DNA of 46,404 nt from a virus (IMGVR_UViG_3300020045_007306:1-46404); one strand, 5' to 3'; shown: positions 11,577 through 20,492, numbered from the stretch's first letter. Notes: generated by a model not told the origin, from the sequence alone. Numbers and translations are program-made.

Positions 11577-12203
11577 ATGAAAAAAATATCAATTTATATT
11601 TTACTTGCAATGCTTGTAATTTATGCTCCAGTAAGATCACAAAGCCCAGTAATAATATACAAAGCGATTGACGTAACAAAAGACAGCATTGTAAAAAAGG
11701 ACACAATAAAAGCGTTGGAGGTTGTCGCCGTTCAATCAGCGGAAAAAGTAAAGGCACAAAAAGACACTATTGCGAAACAAGAGAAAAAAATCAGCAACCT
11801 TGAAAAATCAATTGAAGAAAATTTATTAATGGGGAAACCTTTCTCATTTTATTTTTGGTTTATGTTTTTTTATCTTTGGGGAATTTTAATTTGGTGGCTT
11901 GTATATGCTGCAAAAGGAACTATAACGAATAAACAAACTCCAAAGAAATTAAATTTAAAATATTGGATTCAGCAACCAGAGAATAAATCGAAACTTTCGA
12001 CGGCTATTTTGGTTTTGTTTGTAGGCTTTTTTATTGCAGCGTTTTGCAAACCAATAACAGGAAAAGAAATAAATGAATTCCTTGTGCCTTATCAATTTTT
12101 AGCGATTTCGTTCGGTTTCTCTTGGCAACTTGTTTTGGACTTGACATTATCGAAATTAAATGCAAAAAATTATATAAAAATTGAAGAAACAAAAACTAAT
12201 TAA
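11577..12203 (+). CDS. Membrane protein (signal peptide, coiled coil, about 3 TM), lysis-module associated
   Basis: Leader ending VRS-Q, coiled coil, three hydrophobic segments. Confidence 0.6.
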   Translation: MKKISIYILLAMLVIYAPVRSQSPVIIYKAIDVTKDSIVKKDTIKALEVVAVQSAEKVKAQKDTIAKQEKKISNLEKSIEENLLMGKPFSFYFWFMFFYLWGILIWWLVYAAKGTITNKQTPKKLNLKYWIQQPENKSKLSTAILVLFVGFFIAAFCKPITGKEINEFLVPYQFLAISFGFSWQLVLDLTLSKLNAKNYIKIEETKTN

Positions 12204-12214
12204 AATTTGATCCT

Positions 12215-12478
12215 ATGAATATTTTTAATTTTTTGCTTTGCTATCTGTATCATAGACCGTCAACTGGAGCGATTGCGTCAATTACTGGTTTTATTGTTTC
12301 GCTCGTCCCCTCTATTGAGGCTCAAACGGTAAGTTATTGCGTTGCTGGAGTTCAAATTATGGCTGGGCTTGCTTCAACGATTGTTGCCTGTATGACAATA
12401 TACGGCTGGATCATAAAGAGAAACGGCAAAAGCATTGACTACAAACTGGATAAAAATAGAAAAAAATCCTGTAAATGA
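12215..12478 (+). CDS. Putative holin
   Basis: 87 aa, two hydrophobic helices, basic C-tail, overlaps endolysin start (ATGA). Confidence 0.6.
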   Translation: MNIFNFLLCYLYHRPSTGAIASITGFIVSLVPSIEAQTVSYCVAGVQIMAGLASTIVACMTIYGWIIKRNGKSIDYKLDKNRKKSCK

Positions 12479-13116
12479 AAACAGACTTAGAACTTGCGAA
12501 ATATATTTCAGATAGATTTATTTCTGATAAGCATTGCAGCCAGCAACCAATGTATAAAATGGTTATTACTGGCGACGTTGTTTCTGATTTTGCAAAGTTT
12601 ACTGATTTACAAAGCGGGAAAAAGTCAAATGATCCAGATGATCCAGCGGCTTTTTATTTTTGCCCTGTGCCTTATAAAGACGGGCAATTATACCACACTA
12701 TAAGAGATATAACCGCAGACACATTCCGCAATATAAATAAAATGAAAAGATTAAATTTAACGTGGAATGATTTTTTATATATGACTGATAAGACACGGCG
12801 AATATTTATTGATGAATTTATAAATAAAACAGAATTTACGAATTCAAAAATTATAAATACTTTGCTGGCTTACGTAAAATGGGGAACGGGAAATTGTCAA
12901 TTTGAAGTTGGTACTTATAAGAGTTGGTATAAAACAACAATGGCAGGGGACTTGAAAACATTAAGCGAAACAACTGTTTTTAATAGGATCATTGATTTGC
13001 GTTTATATCATTACAGTTTGATAGCGAATTATAAAATTTACGGACACGGCTGGGACGCTGGTATTTTAAATTTTTGGAATACATTTAAACAATATTGTGA
13101 TGAAACAAAGTGCTGA
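12475..13116 (+). CDS. Putative endolysin, divergent GH108-like
   Basis: SNDPDDP, YHTIRDIT and YGHGW motifs resemble GH108 plus PG-binding region; follows the holin. Confidence 0.55.
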   Translation: MKTDLELAKYISDRFISDKHCSQQPMYKMVITGDVVSDFAKFTDLQSGKKSNDPDDPAAFYFCPVPYKDGQLYHTIRDITADTFRNINKMKRLNLTWNDFLYMTDKTRRIFIDEFINKTEFTNSKIINTLLAYVKWGTGNCQFEVGTYKSWYKTTMAGDLKTLSETTVFNRIIDLRLYHYSLIANYKIYGHGWDAGILNFWNTFKQYCDETKC

Positions 13117-13309
13117 AAAGATTAAAGAGGGCGACAGCGTTTATATTCCAATAGATCAGAGCAAAGGAAAATGGAAAGAAGTTTCAATATCAATACCGTC
13201 AAAGAAAAAAGACGGGTTTTGGATATTTGAATTTGTTGGCGACAAAACTCCTCTGGAGTGTAAAAGCGAAACAACTTTTGATATAATTGAAAAAGGTAAA
13301 AACAAGTGA
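13097..13309 (+). CDS. Hypothetical small beta protein
   Basis: 70 aa ORF in lysis operon. Confidence 0.55.
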   Translation: MMKQSAEKIKEGDSVYIPIDQSKGKWKEVSISIPSKKKDGFWIFEFVGDKTPLECKSETTFDIIEKGKNK

Positions 13310-13310
13310 T

Positions 13311-13976
13311 ATGAAAAATATATTGAATTTTAAGGTTTACATAATTTTGGTACTATGTATCATTTTATTAATTATCGGCTTATTCTGGCAGCGAAAAGCA
13401 TATCAGAAACAAAAAAACAATGCTATTACGTGGCAAAATAATTATAATGCTGCGACTGATTCATTAAAGTACATAATTTATCTGGGTGATTCGATCGCTC
13501 ACACGGGACAAATTATAATGACGCTGGAGCAAACATTACAAACAAAGAACAAAGAAATTCAAGACCTTATTGCGAAGTCAGATTACATGAATAAGGAAAA
13601 AATCAAAATGCAAAGTATGTTATCGGCAACGCTTGTAATAAATGGAAGTTTGAAAAAACAACTTGATACGACGAACAATGTATTTTTTAAAAATTGCCTT
13701 GAGGACACTTTGAAAATAAATTTATCAGATTCATTAAATAATATTTCAATTCAGATCACTCCAGATTTTTTGGTTTCCGCGTTAAGTTCTTCAATTGTAC
13801 CGCTATATGGTTTTGGATATACAAAAAAGGAAACAATAAAAGCGGGCTGGTGGCAAAAATCATTAATAGGGAAATGGTTAAGCCGTAAAACGTGGAAACC
13901 TTATTTTGATTTGAGGACAACTAACAAAAGTTGCACAATAAAAAACTTGCTTAATATATCCGTGCAAGATCAATAA
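13311..13976 (+). CDS. Putative spanin-like protein
   Basis: N-terminal TM, coiled coil, WWQK motif, last gene of lysis module; ATG at 13311 preferred. Confidence 0.5.
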   Translation: MKNILNFKVYIILVLCIILLIIGLFWQRKAYQKQKNNAITWQNNYNAATDSLKYIIYLGDSIAHTGQIIMTLEQTLQTKNKEIQDLIAKSDYMNKEKIKMQSMLSATLVINGSLKKQLDTTNNVFFKNCLEDTLKINLSDSLNNISIQITPDFLVSALSSSIVPLYGFGYTKKETIKAGWWQKSLIGKWLSRKTWKPYFDLRTTNKSCTIKNLLNISVQDQ

Positions 13977-14351
13977 AACTCAATTTCTTTGTTAATTCTT
14001 TTGTGTTCCTTTGTTTATAAGGGCTGCAAAGGTATTTTATTAAATGGCTAAAATTTGGCTTTTTTGGGCTTGTATTTGTCTAAAAAACGTCTAAATATTG
14101 TCTGAGTTTGTAAAATATTGTCTAAATAATAAAAATTTATAATGCTGAATATCAGCATATTATATAAAATTTAACAATTTATTTTAAATCTACTATTTAA
14201 CTGAATAAATAACTATAAATCAATTAGTTATAAAAACATAAAATTTTGAAAGCCTTGTTAATATTGGGTGTTATTAATTTGCATACTATATTAATATAAT
14301 ATATCTTTGCTTCATAATTAATCAAATAAACTAACTTAAAACATAAATAAA
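13977..14351. other. Largest non-coding region (late/early boundary) with phased repeats and palindromes
   Basis: GTCTAAA x3, AAATATTGTCT x2, palindrome ATGCTGA-ata-TCAGCAT at 14142-14158. Confidence 0.7.
14278..14309 (+). promoter_or_regulatory. Consensus Bacteroidota promoter TTTG-N20-TATCTTTG with 18-bp operator-like palindrome in the spacer
   Basis: TTTG 14278-81, TATCTTTG 14302-09, TACTATATTAATATAATA 14284-14301. Confidence 0.8.
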
Positions 14352-14591
14352 ATGGAAACAAGAATTATCAACAAAGAAACAAAAGAAGTAAAATCAATAG
14401 ATTTATCTTCTTTAATTGGAAAATCAACAAAGTCTTTATATTTAAGAAAAGGATTTAAAAATGGCAATTACTTTTTATCACAAAAAGGAAACGGTTGTCA
14501 TGGGGCTGGAGATGTATGTAGAATAGACTGTGAAGAAATAGAAGTAACTGCAAATCTTTTTAATCGTATTCAAATTTTAATCAATAAATAA
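14352..14591 (+). CDS. Hypothetical early protein
   Basis: First ORF after the early promoter. Confidence 0.7.
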   Translation: METRIINKETKEVKSIDLSSLIGKSTKSLYLRKGFKNGNYFLSQKGNGCHGAGDVCRIDCEEIEVTANLFNRIQILINK

Positions 14592-14613
14592 AGAGCCTGT
14601 TCCTGCGAAGTCA

Positions 14614-14922
14614 ATGGAAACAAGAGAATTAAAATGGTATGAAGTAATACTTCAACAACTTGGGGGGCGGAAGTTCCTTGTAATGACTGGGGCAAAATAA
14701 ATAGTTTATGACAATGAAAAAAAGTCAATAAGTATGAAGTTAATAAAAAATAATTTAAGGGCTTCACACCTGACAATTTCATTAACCTCAATGGATTTAT
14801 ACAAAATGACATTTTACAAATGTGGAAATGACATTAAGATCATAAAAGAGGTTGACGGGATTTATAATGATATGTTAAGAAGTCAATTTTCGGAATTAAC
14901 TGGTTTATATACTCACTTATAA
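14614..14922 (+). pseudogene. Conserved phage hypothetical protein interrupted by in-frame TAA (14698-14700)
   Basis: METRELKWYEVILQQLGGRKFLVMTGAK*IVYDNEKKSISMKL...TGLYTHL is one frame; ILQQLGG..F..MTGAK and TGLYTHL recall the same phage protein family. Confidence 0.7.
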
Positions 14923-14930
14923 GAAAAATA

Positions 14931-15018
14931 AAAATCCCGTTTCGGTTGATGTTACCAAACACAAGCACGCCGCTTTGAGGGTAAACGAAAATTAATTAAA
15001 GTCGGGCGGGATTTTTTT
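14931..15018 (+). other. Intergenic structured element (long stem with inner stem, U-tract)
   Basis: AAAATCCCG 14931-39 pairs with CGGGATTTT 15007-15; inner TTACC/GGTAA. Confidence 0.55.
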
Positions 15019-15033
15019 AAAAAAGAAAACAAA

Positions 15034-15237
15034 ATGAAAATAAACAGACAACCAGATTTTGAAAATGAAATGTGTAAATCAGTCGGTTTATATATGACCT
15101 GTAACGCTTGCGACAGGATCATTTTTAAAGATGAAAAATTTAGAAAGCAATACAAAAAGAACGGGGGCTATTGCTCCGAGTGTGAAACAGAAACCAAACA
15201 AAACCCAATAATATATGAAAACAAAAAAGAAATGTAA
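15034..15237 (+). CDS. Small Zn-finger-like protein
   Basis: CNAC...CSEC. Confidence 0.6.
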   Translation: MKINRQPDFENEMCKSVGLYMTCNACDRIIFKDEKFRKQYKKNGGYCSECETETKQNPIIYENKKEM

Positions 15238-15326
15238 ATGCTTATTTTATCAAAATAACGTTTGCAAGGCAACCAGCAAACTAAATTCTAATTGTAAAAA
15301 TCTAAAAAAATAAGGAGGACAAAAAA

Positions 15327-15815
15327 ATGAAAATTGAAGTTGAAATTGAAGAAAAAACAAAGACAAATAAAGTAATTGAAATTACAAACCGCTTTATAAA
15401 AAATTGTTTAAATCAAATTATGATAATTGATGAAAATACTTGTATTTCCGTGTATATCGGTCAAGATACTAACAGAGCAGAAATACAAATGTATGCCGCA
15501 AAAATTCCGCTTTCATTCCCTTATCAGGAATCAAATGACTATGATTTTTTCAATGCTTATAACGAGGCACAAAAAAGAATTTTGCACCAACTTTCCCAGA
15601 GTGAAACAAATATTGATTTTTTGGATAAAGTCAAAGACGCTCGCAAATTATCACGGGAAAATAAAATATACCGTGTTATTCTGGCTAAAAGAATTCCGCA
15701 CTATGAAGAAAATACATATACAAGAATATGCGAAACGCTGGAGGACTTCGCTCAATATAGTAAATTTCTTTGCGAAATAACAAATACAGATATTGTATCA
15801 TTTAAAAAATTATAA
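15327..15815 (+). CDS. Hypothetical protein
   Basis: 162 aa ORF. Confidence 0.7.
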   Translation: MKIEVEIEEKTKTNKVIEITNRFIKNCLNQIMIIDENTCISVYIGQDTNRAEIQMYAAKIPLSFPYQESNDYDFFNAYNEAQKRILHQLSQSETNIDFLDKVKDARKLSRENKIYRVILAKRIPHYEENTYTRICETLEDFAQYSKFLCEITNTDIVSFKKL

Positions 15816-15855
15816 ATAATCAAACAATTTATTAACCAAGTAAATATAATTAAAT

Positions 15856-16647
15856 ATGAAAAAAAACAATCAAATCGAATTATTAAAAAAATATAGTATA
15901 ACTAATTATACTATTTCAGAAAAAAACGAAATAACCATAAACGGCTCTTTGTATTTGAGGTCTCTGACAACCGCAGACAAAGACTTCCTAAAAGGCACAA
16001 CCATAAACGGCTCTTTGTATTTGAGTTCTCTGACAACCGCAGACAAAGACTTCCTAAAAGGCACAACCATAAACGGCTATTTGTATTTGAGTTCTCTGAC
16101 AACCGCAGACAAAGACTTCCTAAAAGGCACAACCATAAACGGCTCTTTGTATTTGAGTTCTCTGACAACCGCAGACAAAGACTTCCTAAAAGTTAACGTA
16201 AAAAAATTAAAAGTCGGTTACAATAAAGTAAGAAAAAATTGTTTTTTTGATGGTATTTTGTCAAAAGTTATATCAATATCAGAAAAACGAGGATATACGA
16301 TTTATACAACACCTTGTAATTATATTGCTAAAAAAGGTCGATTTACTGCTCACGGGCAAACTGTAAAAAAAGCAATTCAGGACTTAGAATTTAAAATTAT
16401 TTCAGAAAAATCAAAGAATGAACCAATAAATGAAAACACATTAATTACAGTAAAATATTATAGATTATTGACTGGTGCTTGTGATTCAGGTTGCAGAATT
16501 TGGCTACAACAAAATGATATATCTTTTAAAATCATTGACGGCGAAACTGTTGAAGAAAAACCTATAAAAGCAAAAGATTTATTTCTTATTTTAGAAAAAT
16601 CAAATGCTTACGGTTTTGAGAAATTTAAAAGTTTAATAACATTTTAA
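15856..16647 (+). CDS. Phage protein with 22-aa LRR-like repeats
   Basis: (TINGSLYLSSLTTADKDFLKGT) about x4; C-terminal AHG.T.K.AI.DL.FK and YRLLTGAC..G motifs. Confidence 0.75.
   Translation: MKKNNQIELLKKYSITNYTISEKNEITINGSLYLRSLTTADKDFLKGTTINGSLYLSSLTTADKDFLKGTTINGYLYLSSLTTADKDFLKGTTINGSLYLSSLTTADKDFLKVNVKKLKVGYNKVRKNCFFDGILSKVISISEKRGYTIYTTPCNYIAKKGRFTAHGQTVKKAIQDLEFKIISEKSKNEPINENTLITVKYYRLLTGACDSGCRIWLQQNDISFKIIDGETVEEKPIKAKDLFLILEKSNAYGFEKFKSLITF
15933..16191 (+). repeat. 66-bp tandem repeat, about 3.9 near-identical copies
   Basis: Copies start at 15933, 15999, 16065 and 16131. Confidence 0.95.
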
Positions 16648-16666
16648 AATTTAACAAAATAAATGA

Positions 16667-16695
16667 TATTATATTAAAATAGTATTGTATATTTG
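16667..16695 (+). promoter_or_regulatory. Operator-like 18-mer plus -7 box TATATTTG
   Basis: TATTATATTAAAATAGTA 16667-84; TATATTTG 16688-95. Confidence 0.65.
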
Positions 16696-16723
16696 TCAAA
16701 TATTAATTTTAAATAAAAATAAA

Positions 16724-17053
16724 ATGGCAAACACAAAAAAATTTCCAAACGACGAGTTAATCAGCATTTCAACAACAATGACAAAAGAAATGATTGCAAA
16801 ACTTTCAAAGGTTTGCGGGAAAAAAAACATTGCAGTTGACGAATTTATTCGTGAATCTTGCAGTAAATTCATACACAAAAAAGGCGAAATTCCTTTAATT
16901 GTTGAGGAGGGATTATTATTTCCCAAACATATTAATTTGCCGTCAAAAATGATCTCGGACATTTACGGGCTGCAAATTAAATTGGAATTGTCAAGGGCTG
17001 AAATTATTCGCCGTGCCTGTAATTATAATTTAAAGAACGGAGGTAAAAAATGA
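16724..17053 (+). CDS. Tandem ribbon-helix-helix (CopG/Arc-like) regulator
   Basis: Two RHH-like units: ISISTTMTKEMIAKL...VDEFIRESC and KHINLPSKMISDI...SRAEIIRRAC. Confidence 0.65.
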   Translation: MANTKKFPNDELISISTTMTKEMIAKLSKVCGKKNIAVDEFIRESCSKFIHKKGEIPLIVEEGLLFPKHINLPSKMISDIYGLQIKLELSRAEIIRRACNYNLKNGGKK

Positions 17054-17775
17054 GTTCACAGTTACCAGTAAAACAAAGACAGTTGCCGACAATTGAACAA
17101 CTTTATAATGAAGATACCAAAATTGAACTGGCTCAACAAAACCAATTAAATCAATTGCTTAACCAGTCCCCAAACCCCAAATGGTTAAAGGAGCGGGACG
17201 GAATTAAATATATGCCAATAGAGCGTGTTGAATGGTTGCTCACGGCTATTTTTATAAATTGGTTTGTTGAAATTAAAGAGGTCAAATTAATTGCAAATTC
17301 TGTTTGCCTTGTTATTCGGTTGCATTATCAAAGCCCAATAACTGGAGAAATGATCTGGCAAGACGGGACGGGAGCAATGCCACTACAAACCAATAAAGGG
17401 GCTGGAGCGACTGACTTTAACGCAATAAAATCTTTAGCCGTACAAATGGCAGCCCCCGCCGCTGAAAGTTTTGCAGTAAAGGACGCCGCTGAAAAGATTG
17501 GGAAAATATTCGGTAAGGATATGAACAGAGCGGGACAAATTAATTATGATAATTTGGAAAATAAATTCAATGAGCAAGACAAAGCCAGCATAAAAATAAA
17601 AGAAGAAATTGCAAAGGAGTTTGAAAAAAGAAAACCAGATGAAGCGATTGAATTTATGGACTGTCAAATAAATATTGAAACGCTTCAAGAATTATGTGCG
17701 GGCAAAGAATCCGCAGGGGAATTTACAATTGAATTTGCTAACAATGTTTTAAACGCTTTGAAAAATGGAAGATAA
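17050..17775 (+). CDS. Single-strand annealing protein (Sak/Rad52-like)
   Basis: YMPIERVEWLLTAIF and AESFAVKDAAEKIGKIFGKDMNR motifs; next to an exonuclease. Confidence 0.65.
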   Translation: MSSQLPVKQRQLPTIEQLYNEDTKIELAQQNQLNQLLNQSPNPKWLKERDGIKYMPIERVEWLLTAIFINWFVEIKEVKLIANSVCLVIRLHYQSPITGEMIWQDGTGAMPLQTNKGAGATDFNAIKSLAVQMAAPAAESFAVKDAAEKIGKIFGKDMNRAGQINYDNLENKFNEQDKASIKIKEEIAKEFEKRKPDEAIEFMDCQINIETLQELCAGKESAGEFTIEFANNVLNALKNGR

Positions 17776-18634
17776 AATTTACAACCCCTATAATGGTTTC
17801 GTAATAAATGACGAATACCTTGAGAAACGCCCTTTATCTCAAAGCAGTTTAAAGGCTTTCAAAAAGTCGCCCAGACATTACATTAAATATTTAACTGGTG
17901 TTAAATCAGATCGGGAAGACTTTCTACTTGGGAATTTAATTGACTGTCTAACACTTGAGCCAGATAAATTTGAAAAAACTTATATGGAATATGAGCCTTT
18001 TGAAAAACGCAAAAATGAAGACAAAGAAAAATGGGCGAATATGTGCAAGGCGGCAACGGAAAACAATTTAAAACTTGTAACAAAGGAGCAAGTCCAGCAA
18101 GCCAAATTTTGCGTTGAGGCTCTTTTATCTCACACGGACGCCCGCACAATTTTAGAGGCAAAGAAAAATGTTCAAATGAATATTAAATGGAAACACAGCG
18201 AAACAAATTTACCAATTATTTCAAAGATTGATTTTGATTGCAACGTCTGGGGGCAAAATTTTATTGTTGATCTTAAAACGTCAAATGACTGTGAGCCGAA
18301 TACATTTAGCAGGGATATTTTTAACTATGGTTATAACATACAGGCTGGAGCGTATTTGCTGGGCTATCAAAAAAGATTTTTTAAGTTTCCAGAGTATTTG
18401 AATTTAGTTGTTGAAAAGGTTGAGCCGTACAATGTAACGATAATGTATTATGACACAAAGGAGCGGGAATTATGCAAGGGTGAATTCATAGGATTGCTTA
18501 ATATGTTTCGCCGTTGTATGGACGAAAAAGCGTGGGACAAAGGTTATGAATTTTGGTTGTTTGATATGAAGAAATTCCACTCCGTACAGCGTCCCGCTTA
18601 TTATAAATCTCACGGGATCGCAGTTGAAGAATAA
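17765..18634 (+). CDS. PD-(D/E)XK exonuclease, RecE/ExoVIII-like (DUF3799-like)
   Basis: LSQSSLK, KIDF...IVDLKT and YNIQAGAY motifs. Confidence 0.8.
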   Translation: MEDKIYNPYNGFVINDEYLEKRPLSQSSLKAFKKSPRHYIKYLTGVKSDREDFLLGNLIDCLTLEPDKFEKTYMEYEPFEKRKNEDKEKWANMCKAATENNLKLVTKEQVQQAKFCVEALLSHTDARTILEAKKNVQMNIKWKHSETNLPIISKIDFDCNVWGQNFIVDLKTSNDCEPNTFSRDIFNYGYNIQAGAYLLGYQKRFFKFPEYLNLVVEKVEPYNVTIMYYDTKERELCKGEFIGLLNMFRRCMDEKAWDKGYEFWLFDMKKFHSVQRPAYYKSHGIAVEE

Positions 18635-18663
18635 ATAAGTTCCTTAATATACAAATAATAAAA

Positions 18664-19023
18664 ATGAAAATATTAAAAAAAGATATTGATAAAAAAATAA
18701 ATGAATCCGTCCCGTTTAATGCTGGTCGGTATATTGATAGTATTATTAACCCTAAAAAAAAAGATTGCCTATTTATTCCTATTTCTAAAAATACAAATGA
18801 AGTAATAATTTATCTAAATAAAAAAGATTGGATTGATATATCAATAGAGGCGGGAATTAAGGACGTACGGCAACAATTATTTTATAATACATCAATTATT
18901 GTTACTGAACATATTAAAGAAAATAAATTTTTAATACAAATAAACAATAATATCAAAAACGATATGGAATTTATATATGCTGATTTTGGTGTTTGTTTGG
19001 CAACAATTTGCCAATGTCCTTAA
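18664..19023 (+). CDS. Hypothetical protein
   Basis: 119 aa ORF. Confidence 0.6.
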   Translation: MKILKKDIDKKINESVPFNAGRYIDSIINPKKKDCLFIPISKNTNEVIIYLNKKDWIDISIEAGIKDVRQQLFYNTSIIVTEHIKENKFLIQINNNIKNDMEFIYADFGVCLATICQCP

Positions 19024-19059
19024 ATTCAAATTAAAAAAAATAATTTAAAAAACAAAACT

Positions 19060-19509
19060 ATGAACAAAATAATGTTAATCGGAAACGTAGGCAAAGAGCC
19101 AGAAACAAAAGTATTTGAAAGTCTTAAAATGGTTGCGACATTTTCGCTGGCAACCTCAAAAAAAATAAAAGACAGGGACGGGAATTCAAATTCAGTTACT
19201 CAATGGCACAGAGTTATTGTATTTGGTAAACTTGCGGAGGTTGTCGAAAAGTACATAAAAAAAGGATCAAAGATTTTCATTGAGGGCGAAATCCAATACC
19301 GTGAATATGAAAAGGACGGGCAAAAAAGATACATAACTGAAATAATTTGCAACGGGCTTGAAATGCTGGATAAAAAAGAGAACACAGAGCCAGCCGCAAA
19401 CGCTGAAAATTACACAGACAGCACAAACCACGCAGTAAATCCAGCACACGGGAGCGTTAATGATTTGCCTCAAGAGCCTATTGATGATTCGGACGGATTG
19501 CCATTTTAA
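19060..19509 (+). CDS. ssb: Single-stranded DNA-binding protein
   Basis: MNKIMLIGNVGKEPE, QWHRV, KGSKIFIEG, acidic DGLPF tail. Confidence 0.95.
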   Translation: MNKIMLIGNVGKEPETKVFESLKMVATFSLATSKKIKDRDGNSNSVTQWHRVIVFGKLAEVVEKYIKKGSKIFIEGEIQYREYEKDGQKRYITEIICNGLEMLDKKENTEPAANAENYTDSTNHAVNPAHGSVNDLPQEPIDDSDGLPF

Positions 19510-19559
19510 AACGGTAATTAAAATAAATTTGCATTTACCGTTTTAATATTGTATCTTTG
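19506..19559 (+). promoter_or_regulatory. Promoter TTTG-N20-TATCTTTG overlapped by a 12-bp inverted repeat
   Basis: TTAAAACGGTAA 19506-17 / TTACCGTTTTAA 19535-46; TTTG 19528-31; TATCTTTG 19552-59. Confidence 0.7.
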
Positions 19560-19571
19560 CAGAAAAATATT

Positions 19572-20102
19572 ATGGAAACAACAAAAATATGTTTTAAATG
19601 CAATAAGGAAAAACCAATTTCCGAATATTATAAGCAAAAGGGCATGTCTGATGGGCATATAAATAAATGCAAGGACTGTGCAAAAAAAGATATTCATAAG
19701 AACTATGAAGATAATATAAAAAATCCTGAATGGATTAAAAAAGAAAAAAAGAGAGCAAGGGAGAAATATCATAGATTATATTCAGATGTTCGACCAGATC
19801 CAGAATACAAAAAAACGATAATGAAAAAATATAAAGAATTATATCCTGAAAAACAACTTGCTAAAAATTTTATAGGTAAAAAATTTCCAAAACTCGAAGG
19901 TAGATTGCAGCGACATCATTGGAGTTATAATAAAGAGCATTGGATTGATTTTATTATTTTAGTTGAAATAGAACATAGAAAACTTCACCGATATATGGTT
20001 TATGATCAAGAACGTATGATGTATAGAACAACTGATGGCATTTTACTCGACACAAAAGAAAAAGCATTGCAATATTATGATTCGCTTAAAAATTTAGATT
20101 AA
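19572..20102 (+). CDS. Zn-finger HNH-like endonuclease
   Basis: KICFKCNKEKPISEYY...KCKDC; RHHWSY...EHRKLH. Confidence 0.7.
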   Translation: METTKICFKCNKEKPISEYYKQKGMSDGHINKCKDCAKKDIHKNYEDNIKNPEWIKKEKKRAREKYHRLYSDVRPDPEYKKTIMKKYKELYPEKQLAKNFIGKKFPKLEGRLQRHHWSYNKEHWIDFIILVEIEHRKLHRYMVYDQERMMYRTTDGILLDTKEKALQYYDSLKNLD

Positions 20103-20288
20103 ATGAGTATAAATGACAATATAAATAATTTAGAAAAGTTTTTAAAAGAGGCTTTTTGCATTAATAAAGAATGTAAATTTGTAGGATTTATAAAAACCTC
20201 AAAGAGTAAAAGAGCCGCACAATTTCAACTGAATGACACAAAAAGGAAAACATTTTATATAACAATATCTCAAGAGAAAATAATATGA
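20103..20288 (+). CDS. Hypothetical protein
   Basis: Small coupled ORF. Confidence 0.5.
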   Translation: MSINDNINNLEKFLKEAFCINKECKFVGFIKTSKSKRAAQFQLNDTKRKTFYITISQEKII

Positions 20289-20491
20289 AAAAATATGTGA
20301 TCGAGTTAATGGAAAAGGACAACAAAAAAAAAAAATCATTTTACAAATGTGAATATGCTGGATTGCTTATTAATGTTTCTGATAAAAAAGACGCCCTTGT
20401 GATTGAGCAAAAAAATATGATACAGGGCTGGACGATTGCTGAATACATTGTAAAACATTACAGATATTTCGCTAATTTAATTGAGTATTAA
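20285..20491 (+). CDS. Hypothetical protein
   Basis: ATGA overlap with the previous ORF. Confidence 0.55.
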   Translation: MKKYVIELMEKDNKKKKSFYKCEYAGLLINVSDKKDALVIEQKNMIQGWTIAEYIVKHYRYFANLIEY

Positions 20492-20492
20492 A

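Noticed and set aside
14143-14180. dif-like XerC/D site
   Set aside because: Only a partial XerD-arm resemblance in very AT-rich DNA, with no XerC arm.
15256-15282. Another attC-like site (TAAC-GTTTGC...GCAAAC)
   Set aside because: Only a 6-bp stem and no closing GTT core.
15881-15898. Fourth copy of the 18-bp operator (TATTAAAAAAATATAGTA)
   Set aside because: It lies in coding sequence with 2-3 mismatches and no adjacent promoter; plausible by chance.
15933-16191. Possible CRISPR array
   Set aside because: Contiguous in-frame coding repeats with no unique spacers and no cas genes.
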